Shown here: piece by piece, positions 45,586 to 63,300 of the stretch
Position numbering within the stretch: position 1 is the stretch's first letter
Layout of the letters: each line of letters begins with the position of its first letter
DNA from: Macrostomum lignano
Lineage: Eukaryota
Length of the DNA stretch: 64,000 nt
NCBI GenBank assembly: GCA_002269645.1
Contig: NIVC01000920.1
Span: 345,685-409,684 of the forward strand
Direction of reading: 5' to 3'
Program-made: the position numbers and the translations under genes
The notes under the pieces: model-generated
What the model was told of the DNA's origin: nothing
Database searches by the model: none
What the model saw: only the letters and a program-made list of their open reading frames with translations

Positions 45586-48383
45586 AACACATGTAGCTAT
45601 GGCATGTATGTACTCCATCCCCAGGTCCGCTTTGATGTAAATACATGTAATATATATAAATACACCGTCTCAACTCCCAGACTCTTTCTCTTTGCTGCCC
45701 AGCGAGCTCATACGCCGTACTCATGCGGATCTTCAGTCATTTACTAGATCAGCGACCGCACAGATAGATTTTGTAAGCAATTGCCGGATTATTTTTATGC
45801 GTGAAACTACCGAGAATTCGTCTAGCACCGATTCTCTTGTGTTGCTGACCAGCCAAGATAATCCAGATTTAAATGGCTTTCACTTGTTAGCACCACAAGA
45901 AATCGGTGTCATATTCTCTTTCTACATCGGTGCAGCGAATACGCTCGTACATGGTCTAACCTTTTGCTTCGATGATGAATACGGCATTTAACTCTATTAT
46001 TGTTGAGCAGCTTTTTATGCACTCTTGCTGCATGATAGCGAAGCAGACAGCTGACATTTACATTAGGATCAAGTTATCCCAGTGGTTTTTCTTTTCTGGT
46101 ACTTCACCGATTTTTTTCTCTAATTTTTAGTATGGAACTCCTCGCATTAACAGTGTCCGAGCGCCGAGCGGTAATAAGGCACTTATTTTTGCTGCTGTTA
46201 ATAATGCACCAAGTTCTCAATTCGAGCTAGCCGTGGACTGAAATTTCCCGGCACGGCTGACCGTTGCTCCTCTTTAATTGGTTTCCTGTAACGGACTATT
46301 CCCTTTTTTATTTTCTGCATTCCAACCAGCAGGTAATTTACTTTCTTTGGAAAATTGTGTAAGTCAACGCTTAATTAATTACTTGTTTCTGGAACCAAAA
46401 CTCCGAGTTAAAAGGAACCGTGAGAGCTGACAACAAAGGTGGAAAACTGTATATATTTATAGTTAATGCGGGGGAAGTTAGGTGGGGTGTGCGGCGTAGA
46501 TAATGTAACAAAAATCGTTTTAAACAAAAAAGGTGATCATTCAAGCAAACATTACGATACTTAAGCAAAATTTTACGCTTTTAAACAAAAAGGCGTTTTG
46601 TGGCGACAATTCAAAATAGCGCCTGCCTCACTATATCACAGTATAGTCTTATTTTCAGGTAATACAACACAGCCAAAATACCACTTTTATCAATTAGATT
46701 ACATACGTGCAAAAAAGAAAATTTATGTACAGTTCTGTCAAAAAATTGACAATAAATTGAAGCGATAAAACTTTCGGTCCTTTATTCCAATGAATATTTT
46801 TAGCGATGCTGTTGATCACTTTGACAAATTGTTTCATAAGTCTCCAGCCGATTTTGGTGGGACATTACTTTATACAACACATCGACTTGTCACTCGCATA
46901 CACAACGAACCTTAGCTTTTCAGTAAAAAAATCAGGTATAATATTGTGATTTAAATGATAAAAAAAGCAATAAAAAGCTGTTCATTTTTTCTTTTTGCTA
47001 TGAAAATTCATACAAAATTGTTTATTTCAAGGTGAAAATAATTGGCGCACGATATCAACTTTTTAATTTTCAAAGAAAAAAAAATCCGTAATGCGGATGC
47101 GCTTTTTGACTGTTGTCCTTTGATTTTTTATTTTGTTTTTGTTTTTTTATATCTTCTTCACTGGCATAGTAGCTAGAGTTGAGCTGATTATTTCTTTTAT
47201 CCTTGTGAATAATTAAAAATATAGTTTTGTCCGTAATGCCTAAGCTGTTTCTGTCGGTCATTTTCTTGAATTCCACTCTAAAGTAAAGTGCTAACTAGTG
47301 CTAAACAGCAGCAAGTCTATATGAATATTTGAGACTTAGATTAATTGATTTCATTTATCTGAAACTAACTGGTTGAATATTAAAAAATTATGATACAAAC
47401 AAGTTTATTCCTTTGTTAGATATAAATCAAAACTATGGAATTGAATGATTGATTGAGTTGAGTATTAACTATAGTTTTGCTACTTTGCCTGCTTTTAATT
47501 GAAAAAACCGAATAGAATATTGAAACTCGAAAAAGTAAATAATACAAATGACTCTGTAGATATTGTCATTTCTCAGTAGAAAATGTCTATGCCACAATTT
47601 TAAATACCTTGCTATATTATTTATGGGTATAAAAACATGAAATAGTGAACCAAACTTGTATATGCTTTTAATCAGAATATCCTTTAATGTTTCAGATAGC
47701 TTATCTAAAATAAATGGACTGTAACTGAAAAAGTAATTTAATTTATTAGTTTATTTATTGGTTTGTTAAAATCATTTGATATCCTTATAATAGTTGCTAT
47801 GGTTATAAATAGATAGAAGAAATTGGTTGAAACACTAACTATTCTAACTATATAACAAAGCTGAATGGTTATGTTTTTTGTAACAATTTCATTTATTAAC
47901 TTACTAATTAGCTCATGTATACTACTTTTAACAAAAACAAAATTTGAGTTTTTACCTGACTATGTTTCTTTTTTAGCCAAAAATATGTAATCAAAGATAT
48001 ATGCAATTAAATATCTATAGATTAACTAAAATTCCCTATTAATAGATATATCATCGTACAGCTAACTGGTGGCAAGAGCAAAATAAATATTGACCCTAAT
48101 TCTCTTTTTTTGTCATTTATTTTTTATTATTACCATTTAATAGCAATTTATATTGATGCAATTAATAATTTTATACCGATTTAATAAGCATTAAAAATAG
48201 CTCACATCAACTAGCCCATTGCTGGTAGAAAAGCTAGATGTTAATTAATATAAAGTAGAGGTCTAGATAACCTTTTTCTAGTCCTATTATTTAATAGTAT
48301 ATTTCAAACCTACATTTCACTGAGTGCATACAAATTATGGTTTTAAATATTTCTATTACCATTTCATGCTAAGTCACCAGCAG

Positions 48384-49374
<991 letters not shown>

Positions 49375-49554
49375 TTTTGCTCCTTCAATTAATTGAAATT
49401 ACGAAATATGGTGACTATTGCCTACTTACAAAGTGCCAGCAGTTGTGATGTGAATTTTTTATATAGAATGTAAAAAATACACACATTTTTCAATTTGCTC
49501 TCATAATAATAATAGCAATAGTTGCAGGAAGACTAATTGTCGTGCACACAAGCC

Positions 49555-49625
49555 CCAAATGAATTGGAATCGAACCAAGGTTGCGGCGCGAGAGTCTGAC
49601 ACTTTTATCGCTGAGCTGCTCTACC
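49555..49625 (-). other. Degenerate tRNA-like/SINE head
   Basis: Minus strand agctcagcgataaaagtg..ggttcgattcc gives A- and B-box-like motifs, but the cloverleaf is poor. Confidence 0.35.
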
Positions 49626-50209
49626 TGCAGTCTCCCCCTCTCTCTCTCCCTCTCTCCCTCTCTCTTCCCTCCTCCGTTGAATGCGTGTTTTCAGAACATT
49701 ATAATTAAAAAAAGAACAGAACATTAAAAAAAGTGCTAAATTCTTGTATATTTAGTTTCAGCTGTTTGTAAAAAAACTTGAGTGACTCGATCTTGAATTT
49801 GTTGTTTATTTTTTCTTATATTTCTACTATGAGTAGAGCAAATTGAATATGAAATTCACAGCTGATTTTACGCGGGTGTTGGGGACAGACTTGTCTTTCT
49901 GCTAGGTGCTTATAACGAACTGTTTTTGTTTAACTAGTGTTATAAAAATATTCGATTTTAAAGTTGCATGTAACTTGGTTATAAATATGGAAGTTAATTT
50001 TGAGTTGTTTCAACGACATTAGCAGACAACTCTGCTAAGAATTTTATTAAAGTTTTGTTTGCATTTAGCAAACTTGTAAGCATTCTGCAATACTTCAGTT
50101 AGTATTCACAAGGCGCTTTAGCCGACTCCGGTTACAGCTTGAATGCCAGGAACTGGACCAGTTCTGAACTACCAACTCTAAGGTACTAATCAGGAGGTAT
50201 ATGTAGCCA

Positions 50210-50520
50210 CTCTGACCTACCCATCCTGACCTACCCACCCTGACCCACCCATCCTGACCTACCCATCCTGACCCACCCATAACTGACCTAACTCATCCTG
50301 ACCTACCCATCCTGACCCACCCATAACTGACCTACCCACCCTGACCTACCCATCCTGACCCACCCATAACTGTCCTACCCATCCTGACCTACCCATCCTG
50401 ACCCACCCATAACTGTCCTACCCATCCTGACCTACCCATCCTGACCCATCTTGACCCACCCATAACTGACCTACCCATCCTGACCTACCCACCCTGACCC
50501 ACCCATAACTGACGCAACTC
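50210..50520. repeat. 14-bp minisatellite (ctgacctacccatc / ctgacccacccataa)
   Basis: About 22 copies. Confidence 0.92.
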
Positions 50521-50535
50521 ATCCGATCCATCCTT

Positions 50536-53525
<2,990 letters not shown>

Positions 53526-55674
53526 TACTTGCCGTTGTCTGGATTTTTCCTGGGGGATATTTTTTCACGCCTCCTCCTTCCAGAGCCAATTTGAAAGTTG
53601 ACGCGGTCGGGGCGAAGTTAACGTGGCTGATCTGTTTTTTTCCTTTTGGTGAGCCTCGGTGCCCTGAGGAGCGGCTCGGCCTGGGGAGAAAAAAATACAA
53701 AACAGAGGCTTAAGTAGGGGAAGAGAGGGCAAAGTTTTTTGTCCACAAACGCTGAGTGAAATGGGAGAGACTTAAAAAGAGAGAGAGGAAGAGAGAGGGC
53801 GAGCGAGGGCGATACGGTGCAAAAATAGCCGCTAAAATGGAGAAAAATGACGGGCCAAAGGCAGCTTGTTGAGGCCTGTGACAAGCGGCAGTGCGCCTGC
53901 GGTGGCGAATGGGAAAAGGCTGCATATGAAATCGGAGGCCGCCGCAAAAAAATAGTCTTCTTGCCTGCGCGTCTTAAGAAAGAGGTGCCATTGCCGGCCA
54001 TTTTTCTTTGGCAATATTCTCGAGGAAATTGGCTCGGCGCAGCTGGGCTGAAGAGGAGGTGAAGCTAAATGGAAGATGTCAGCAATTATTGGGGCAGCGG
54101 ATGGAACATCGCCATGCCGGAATCGCCCCCTCCCCCCCCCCAGCCCGATGGCGCCCAAGTCTATGTCGAGCTCATCAGAGGAACGTCATCGAGACATTGC
54201 CGCCAATTCCTGCGCTTGTTTGCTGCAGTCTCCCTCTTTATCCGGCTGCCATCTGCGATCTGTTCCAGCCTCTCTCGATTCCCCTGCGTCTTCGTGTCGC
54301 GATCGACCTGCCCGGCATGTTTTTCAACGGAAAAATTTGCAATCGTCTCTCCGCATACTTGAAGGGATGCGTGAAATTTAATCTGGGACGACCTGATGCC
54401 GATCGCGGCTGATCGGAGTTCCGCTCGGCTGCAGCTGCTTTCAATAATTCAGACCCCCGGGGATCGCTTCGATGCTCAGAACAAGGAATCCTTGATGCAG
54501 AGAACAGACGGCCCACTAAACCCCACCTGGCCAAAGCAATTATCTGCTTCGGATTTCGAATATCTTCGACAATCGCTTAATCCCACTGATAAGTAGGAAA
54601 ATACCTGCATATTGACTTCGGTCTCCTATTTCCTAAATTCAGCTTTTCTAACTGGAATCGGCGTTGCCTTACCTGCAATTCGATGCGTTTGTTGTACCTT
54701 CTTGCACTTCGGGCAGCACGAACTCAAAGAGGAAGAAAGAAGGCGACCGATGGCGCTCTTGTGAGCTCAGAGCAATCTCTGTATTATAGTCCTGCTGGGC
54801 TCAAGGTGGACGCAGCTGGGACACGGAGGAGCAAGGGATGCGGCTAGCGAAGCAAAGCATCATGGCCCGGGGAGACGATGAGGCACCACTAAATTTCCAG
54901 GGGGGGGGGGGGCTGCGAACCCCGATTTTCCAGTCCGTCGGTCGTCGCCACCTCCGCAACGACCGAGTAGCCGGCCCCGCAGTTCGTCACCGCGCAAATC
55001 CCTTTTGCCTCCTTCATAAACGGATTGGCTCGAGTTACTCAGCTCTAGCAAGGCGACTCTGCAGGTTGTCAGCGCGTCACACGGGCAGGCCCTCTAATTA
55101 GTGTCGGACTCGGAAAATGAGCTGACTTCATCAATCGCCGAGGCGCCTGTGTCCCCAACATGGTTTGGGGGGGGGGAGGGGATTGACGAATTTCTGCATA
55201 GTTGGGCGATCGCGCGTGGCTTGCATTACCATGCAGCCGTCTGATTTTTGTAATATTTATGTAACACGCTACTGATAGTAAAGCGAGTTGTGTTTTAAAA
55301 ACGAGTTAGCAAGGAGTAAAAGCAATTAGTCTCCGATCGTTTTTATGAAATGAAATTTCTTTCAGTGAAATGTAGATGACTCCCTTGCTCAAAATTTACA
55401 GCGCAAACGAGCTACAGTACATGCTAAATTCTGTGATTCACCTGTATTATCATTTCTAATACATGTAGCCCTCAAATAAAACATAGAAGTATCAGAGAAA
55501 AAGCGCATCTAATAATTATTTTAACATTATTTAGTATGTTGATTAGTAAAAACTGCAGACTGAGAAATAGTTAATTCTTCGTAACTTTCGAGACACAGCT
55601 ATATGTATCGAAAAGTGATAAAATGGACTAACAATTTGATGACGCTGCAGTGCACATGTCTTTCTTTCCCCGAA

Positions 55675-56241
55675 TCAGCAAGACACGGCCGGCTCTGGCA
55701 CTTGAATCAGAGCCAGGCGAGCCCGCCTGAGCAGACGCAGCGCCCAGCTCACTTCGAAGTCGTCAGTAGCTGTCAGGGCGTCGTACGTAGCCAGGATGAG
55801 ACTCGCCCGCTGCTCGCTTGCGATTCTCACCAGCGTTTCCACCCGGCTGCGGCCGAACGCGTGAATATAGCGGAAAGCAGCGCAGCCGCGCGCTTTCAGC
55901 TGCTTCGCTAGGCGCTCCTCGCGTCGGACAGACTCGGCCAGCTGCCGCTCCATGGTTGCCTCGATCGGCGAGACTGGCAACCGTTTGCGTCTCTCAGCAT
56001 CGGCCTCGTTGTCTGCTACAGTGGTCTCGATCGACCACTCGCTGCCCCCACCGTTCAGACCGTCCACGCAGCCGCTGTCCGCATCGGGAGCCAGCAGGTC
56101 CCGCAGTGTCGGCACCAGAACGCTGACGAACACGAGACGGTCCCCAGCTCGCTTCAAATTGGCGACGTACCAGTCGGCGATGTGCAAGTTCGTGTCTAGG
56201 CTGGGAACCACCGGTACCAGGATGGACCGTTCGACGCTCAT
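55675..56241 (-). CDS. Universal stress protein (USP) family member, intronless, 188 aa
   Basis: MSVERSILVPVV..IADWYVANLKRAGDRLVFVSVLVP matches the N-terminal pattern of flatworm-type USPs. ETLVRIASEQRASLILAT..LLRRARLALIQVP matches the C-terminal USP pattern. Confidence 0.8.
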   Translation of the reverse strand: MSVERSILVPVVPSLDTNLHIADWYVANLKRAGDRLVFVSVLVPTLRDLLAPDADSGCVDGLNGGGSEWSIETTVADNEADAERRKRLPVSPIEATMERQLAESVRREERLAKQLKARGCAAFRYIHAFGRSRVETLVRIASEQRASLILATYDALTATDDFEVSWALRLLRRARLALIQVPEPAVSC

Positions 56242-56592
56242 CTTCAGCTCCCAACCCGGACTTCTCCGTCGCGTTTTCGCGTTAAAATTTTCAAGATTCG
56301 CCCTCGGGTTATCCAGGTCTTTACGCTGCGTCTGCACTGAAATATAACTGTCGCACCGCACGGTAGGACAGTCTGCGCCTGTCAGTCACGTTCTGTCAGT
56401 CACGTGGTCGCCAATTGACAGACAAGCGAACCGTCTTGGCGAACAAGGGGGGGGCTGTTCAGAAGCTGCAAGGGACAAAGTGCGCTAAGATCTTGAACCT
56501 TTATTTATGCAGACTATTGACCCTCTTTGGCTGTCTTCCACTGATGAAGCTGTTATATAGCTTTCTCATGCCTGTCCAATGCTAAATTTGGA

Positions 56593-56960
56593 CTAGTACA
56601 GAATCTTGCCATGTACTGTGTTCACGAGTGGAAGCAATATTTGCCAAAAGCAGGCGCTCGATTCCGGTACACATAAGTCTCTGCCTCTGCATGCACAACA
56701 AGCGATTTCGCATTCTGCAGGGGGTCCGTTCACCAGTGCAGATGCATCAGAGAATTTGACCGAGAATTTGCTACTGAGGACTGAAGGCGACCTCTTTTTT
56801 GTCTGGATCGCCGTCAGCTGCTGCGATATGCGATATGCCTTTTGGCACATTTGGTGCTGCATCTTTTTAAAGTGTTTCTCTTGTGCCATTTCTTTGTCTT
56901 TCTGTCGGTTGCCGAAGTGGCGGGTCGGTGCGAGTGTGTTTTCTTGTAAATGGGTCTGGC
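56593..56960 (-). pseudogene. Possible decayed C-terminus of a pogo/Tigger-like transposase (charged helix + PHD-like Cys cluster)
   Basis: RQKDKEMAQEKHFKK followed by CEIACCACRGRDLCV..CFWQ..H spacing; weak similarity only. Confidence 0.25.
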
Positions 56961-57109
56961 GGAGTCACGTGAGTTGAATTCTATTTGGTGTTATAATCAC
57001 TAATGAATTCTTGGGCATCTAATTTTCATGTAGACAAATGGATTTGCCTTTATCCTACGCTAGTTAAACTATTTGATTCTCTCTCATTTAGTTCTTCAGA
57101 GGGTCCCAA

Positions 57110-57510
57110 CTGCCTCAATGCCAATGGTCCTTTGGAGGGTGCCAGTGCCCCCGATGGTCCTTTGGAGGGTGCCAGTGCCCCCGATGGTCCTTTGGAGGGT
57201 GCCAGTGCCCCCGATGGTCCTTTGGAGGGTGCCAGTGCCCCGATGGTCCTTTGGAGGGTGCCATCGCCCCCAAATGGTCCTTTGGAGGGACAATTGCCCC
57301 TAATGGTCCTTTGGAGGTGGCCATTGCCCCGATGGTCCTTTGGAGGGTACCATTGTCCCCAATGGTCCTTTGGAGACAGGCCATTGCCTTAATGGTACTT
57401 TTGATTCGGAGTGCCATTGCCCCAAACCCAATGGTCCTTTGGAGTGTGCCACTACCCCCAATAGTCCTTTGGATGGTGCCACTACCCCCAATGGTTCTTT
57501 GGAGGGCTTT
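57110..57510. repeat. 30-bp minisatellite (atggtcctttggagggtgccagtgcccccg)
   Basis: About 12 copies, degenerating toward the 3' side. Confidence 0.9.
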
Positions 57511-57771
57511 GTTCTTGGTGGGCGCCGCTACTAACAACACAGTTGGTCGACAGGTCAATTGATGGGATACATCGATCCGATCTGCACTTATAGTACCTTT
57601 TTCCTTTGATGGGTGTTAATACGACCACTAGCTCAACGGCGATCCTTTTGGTGCAAGTTAGAAAGTCTTTCGGTATATTTTCAGTGCTTTCTGATCGGAT
57701 AAAATAAAATCCGTGAGCAGTTTTTTAGCAAATTGCGTTTAAATTGCCCGCCAAAGTACAGAGTCGGGCAA

Positions 57772-57851
57772 GGTAGCGTGGCCGAGTGGTCTAAGGCGCT
57801 GGATTTAGGCTCCAGTCCGAAAGGGCGTGGGTTCGAATCCCACCGCTGCCA
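57772..57851 (+). tRNA. tRNA-Leu-TAG: tRNA-Leu (anticodon TAG)
   Basis: GGTAGCG/CGCTGCC acceptor stem, D arm GCCGAGTGGTCTAAGGC, anticodon arm CTGGA-TTTAGGC-TCCAG, long variable arm, T arm GTGGG-TTCGAAT-CCCAC, downstream TTTT terminator. Confidence 0.97.
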
Positions 57852-59310
57852 AATATATTTTGACATCCTTACGTCGCAGTTTCTGGTCATATTTTTGTAA
57901 ATAGCATTTTCAAATTTATATTTGCATTTTAATTTATCTCTTCGTGACATAACTTTTATCTTGATTATAACATGATTTATTATTATAACTGTTTTTGAAT
58001 TTTTGCGCGTAAATTCTTCAGCGATCGAAAATTCTACCTTAATGTCTAATGGAAAAGTACCTACTTACAGTAGACAGTATAGAATATTTAGCCAACATTC
58101 GATACAAATACTGAAATAGTTATAATTGGTCATCTAATTTTATGTTAGAGATGTTAGAAAATAAAAATTGTCCGCTACAGTGATGAAATGACCATACAAA
58201 ATGTGTATGTGATATTTGTGCTATCATGATAAGTTAATAAGTTAATATTTAAATAAGTCAAATTCTACAAAAATCTAAATTTTTCAATTGTACAAAGTTC
58301 TTAGAAGTCTTATTTCTTGTCTATCCTAAGCTGTCTATTTCTATCTATCAATTTTATGTTTTCTTTGTTTGTTTATGCCCGAGCGATTTTTGCGTATGCA
58401 TTCGATTTGTCTGCATTGCATTTTTTCTCTGCATTATGTGAATTTCGATACATATCGCCTACTCATTTCTATTAAATTTTGTGGTAAAATTTTGTCATCG
58501 TAAAATTTGTCCTAAAAAGTTCTCCATTTTTCGATTTTTTGAGCTAAGAATCTGTATGCACATGTATGAATTTATTGTTTCTCACGATAAACCACGAGTA
58601 TACTGAAATGTTTTTTCTCAAATATTATTATATATGGAATTCTCTTCGAATTTAGTGGCTTTTCTTTAGTTTCAGCATATTATTTTTAGTATATAGGATT
58701 GATACTGTACTAAAACACTATAGATTTTTTAATAATCAATACTCCTATCTCCCTCTCTCTCTAAGTCTTCTATCTTTCTACTCACTTATCTCCTCTCTCC
58801 TCTATCTACTCTTTTACCCCTGTACTCTATTTAATCTCTAATCTCACTAATATCTACTCGACTACTCTCCCCATCCCATATCTACTTAGCCCCAAAATCT
58901 GGAATGCGTTGGAGCGACTTAGCAAGATCAGATCAAAAAGATTTTGTCAAGGCAGCCGCCGGATCGCATTGGAAGGTCAACAAAGAAGCAAAGCGCGGCC
59001 GATAAGAAACTCCGGCGCCCAAACCAGCAAAAATGTCAAACTCGCCGCTGCCAAAACTTTCGCGTCGGCGATTCGGTTGTAAAAACCGTTGGTTGTGGTT
59101 GTAAAAGCTCTCGCCAAGCAACAGGCGCGCACACGATTCCTGTAAAATATACCGTAGATCCAAATACCTGCGCCAGGTGAGTGGGGGGAACTTTCTCGAA
59201 GTCTGCCGACTGCGGCGGGGTTTTAACTTGTATGGCTTTGTGAGCCTTGATCCCTGGCATTTTCTTCGGGCAAATTTGGGATCCGGGATGCCTGTGAGTC
59301 ACCCAGCCTG

Positions 59311-59679
<369 letters not shown>

Positions 59680-60354
59680 CATAATGGTGGAATGGGAGAC
59701 AAAGGTGGCAGTGCAGAGAATCAGAAGCTCCCCTCTTTATTCACGCATCCCTTTAGCACCCTCGCGACCCCGCCTGCCCTTTGCAAGAAGGCTAATTAGA
59801 TCGCCACCCCTCTCCAGAGTCTCCGGGGCTTCCTTCGATATGCAGGGCGGGTTTAGCCAGTGCAAACTGCGAATGGAGGCCGCACCCTTATGGCACGGTT
59901 TGATATTGAAAACTGGGGCCTTGTGGAAGCGTGGCAGGCCAGGCTGCGCTGTCTGGGCTGATGGGGATTGCGGGGACATAAAAATTCAGAACGCTCCGGG
60001 ATTCAAACAAAGGGGTCGGGTTTAAGAGGCTTCTGGAGCCTCTGGGAAACTGAGCTTTGGATAGGGGTACAGGAAGGGGTGGAAGTGGTAGGGGATTCGA
60101 AGGAATCGCTGGAATCAGTCAGTAGATAGCAATAAAACTCGACTTCTGTAGGCTTAAACAGAAGGAAGAAGCCAAGGTTATCCCCACCTAACAGGGCCTC
60201 GATCTGGATAAGTCTGGAGTCCTTGCTGGATTTCTAGACAAATTTTAATTCAAAATTTTGCAAATGCTTCATATAATAGTAGTGGCTCCAGCTAGCTAGA
60301 AATACATGTGATATGTTAAGTACTCACCCACCCAAAGTGCCCACTTTGGAGGAC

Positions 60355-63300
60355 AGAGTGTGCCCCCAAAGACAGTCAATGTGCCCCCCTTAAGGACAGT
60401 CAGTGTGCCCCCCAAAGACAGTCAGTGCCCCCCCCAAAGACAGTTAGTGCCCCCCCAAAGACAGTCAGTGCCCCCAAAGACAGTCAGTGCCCCCCCAAAG
60501 ACAGTTAGTGCCCCCCCAAAGACAGTCAGTGCCCCCAAAGACAGTCAGTGCCCCCCCGAAAGACAGTCAGTGCCCCCCCAAAGACAGTCAGTGTGCCCCC
60601 TCAAAGACAGTCAGTGCCCCCCCCAAAGACAGTCAGTGTGCCCCCTCAAAGACAGTCAGTGCCCCCCCCCAAAGACAGTCAGTGCCCCCCCCAAAGGCAG
60701 TCAGTGTGCCCCCCTCAAAGACAGTCAGTGCCCCCCCAAAGACAGTCAGTGCCCCCAAAGGCAGTCAGTGTACCCCCCCCCCCAAAGACAGTCGGTGTGC
60801 CCCCCCCCAAAGACAGTCGGTGTGCCCCCCCCAAAGACAGTCGGTGTGCCCCCCCCCAAAGACAGTCGGTGTGCCCCCCCCCAAAGACAGTCGGTGTGCC
60901 CCCCCCCAAAGACAGTCGGTGTGCCCCCCCCCAAAGACAGTCGGTGTGCCCCCCCCCAAAGACAGTCGGTGTGCCCCCCCCAAAGACAGTCGGTGTGCCT
61001 CCCCCCCCAAAGACAGTCGGTGTGCCCCCCCCCAAAGACAGTCGGTGTGCCCCCCCCCAAAGACAGTCGGTGTGCCCCCCCCAAAGACAGTCGGTGTGCC
61101 CCCCCCAAAGACAGTCGGTGTGCCTCCCCCCCCCAAAGACAGTCGGTGTGCCCCCCCCCAAAGACAGTCGGTGTGCCCCCCCCCAAAGACAGTCGGTGTG
61201 CCCCCCCCAAAGACAGTCGGTGTGCCCCCCCCAAAGACAGTCGGTGTGCCCCCCCTCAAAGACAGTCGGTGTGCCCCCAAAGACAGTCGGTGCCCCCCCC
61301 CAAAGACAGTCGGTGTGCCCCCCAAAGACAGTCGGTGCCCCCCCCCCCAAAGACAGTCGGTGCCCCCCCCAAAGACAGTCGGTGTGCCCCCCCAAAGACA
61401 GTCGGTGTGCCCCCCCCAAAGACAGTCGTGCCCCCCAAAGACAGTCGTGTGCCCCCCCCCAAAGACAGTCGGTGTGCCCCCCCCCCCAAAGACAGTCGGT
61501 GTGCCCCCCCCAAAGACAGTCGGTGTGCCCCCCCCCAAAGACAGTCGGTGTGCCCCCCCCCAAAGACAGTCGGTGTGCCCCCCCCCAAAGACAGTCGTGT
61601 GCCCCCCCCCAAAGACAGTCGGTGTGCCCCCCCCAAAGACAGTCGGTGTGCCCCCCCCCAAAGACAGTCGTGTGCCCCCCCCAAAGACAGTCGGTGTGCC
61701 CCCCCCCAAAGACAGTCGGTGTGCCCCCCCCCAAAGACAGTCGGTGTGCCCCCCCCAAAGACAGTCGGTGTGCCCCCCCCCAAAGACAGTCGGTGTGCCC
61801 CCCCCCAAAGACAGTCGGTGTGCCCCCCCCCAAAGACAGTCGGTGTGCCCCCCCCCAAAGACAGTCGGTGTGCCCCCCCCAAAGACAGTCGGTGTGCCCC
61901 CCCCAAAGACAGTCGTGTGCCCCCCCCAAAGACAGTCGGTGTGCCCCCCCCCCCAAAGACAGTCGGTGTGCCCCCCCCAAAGACAGTCGGTGTGCCCCCC
62001 CCCAAAGACAGTCGGTGTGCCCCCCCCAAAGACAGTCGGTGTGCCCCCCCCAAAGACAGTCGGTGTGCCCCCCCCCAAAGACAGTCGGTGTGCCCCCCCC
62101 CAAAGACAGTCGTGTGCCCCCCCCCAAAGACAGTCGGTGTGCCCCCCCCCAAAGACAGTCGGTGTGCCCCCCCCCAAAGACAGTCGGTGTGCCCCCCCCC
62201 CCAAAGACAGTCGGTGTGCCCCCCCCCAAAGACAGTCGGTGTGCCCCCCCCCAAAGACAGTCGGTGTGCCCCCCCCCAAAGACAGTCGGTGTGCCCCCCC
62301 CAAAGACAGTCGGTGTGCCCCCCCCAAAGACAGTCGGTGTGCCCCCCCCAAAGACAGTCGGTGTGCCCCCCCCCCAAAGACAGTCGGTGTGCCCCCCCCA
62401 AAGACAGTCGGTGTGCCCCCCCCAAAGACAGTCGGTGTGCCCCCCCCCAAAGACAGTCGGTGTGCCCCCCCCAAAGACAGTCGGTGTGCCCCCCCCCAAA
62501 GACAGTCGGTGTGCCCCCCCCAAAGACAGTCGGTGTGCCCCCCCCCAAAGACAGTCGGTGTGCCCCCCCCAAAGACAGTCGGTGTGCCCCCCCCAAAGAC
62601 AGTCGGTGTGCCCCCCCCCAAAGACAGTCGGTGTGCCCCCCCAAAGACAGTCGGTGTGCCCCCCCCCAAAGACAGTCGGTGTGCCCCCCCCCCAAAGACA
62701 GTCGGTGTGCCCCCCCCCAAAGACAGTCGGTGTGCCCCCCCCAAAGACAGTCGGTGTGCCCCCCCCCAAAGACAGTCGGTGTGCCCCCCCCAAAGACAGT
62801 CGGTGTGCCCCCCCCCAAAGACAGTCGGTGTGCCCCCCCCAAAGACAGTCGGTGTGCCCCCCCCCCAAAGACAGTCGGTGTGCCCCCCCCAAAGACAGTC
62901 GGTGTGCCCCCCCCCAAAGACAGTCGGTGTGCCCCCCCCAAAGACAGTCGGTGTGCCCCCCCCCCAAAGACAGTCGGTGTGCCCCCCCCCAAAGACAGTC
63001 GGTGTGCCCCCCCAAAGACAGTCGGTGTGCCCCCCCCCCAAAGACAGTCGGTGTGCCCCCCCAAAGACAGTCGGTGTGCCCCCCCAAAGACAGTCGGTGT
63101 GCCCCCCCAAAGACAGTCGGTGTGCCCCCCCCAAAGACAGTCGGTGTGCCCCCCCCAAAGACAGTCGGTGTGCCCCCCCCCAAAGACAGTCGGTGTGCCC
63201 CCCCCAAAGACAGTCGGTGTGCCCCCCCAAAGACAGTCGGTGTGCCCCCCCAAAGACAGTCGGTGTGCCCCCCCCAAAGACAGTCGGTGTGCCCCCCCCA

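Noticed and set aside
57003-57562. GPLEGASAPD repeat protein
   Set aside because: Overlapping ORFs occur in all frames of a 30-bp minisatellite and there is no splice or start context.
58900-59185. Possible exon ending at caggtgagt (59176)
   Set aside because: The donor is good, but there is no recognisable coding frame or partner exon in the window; insufficient support.
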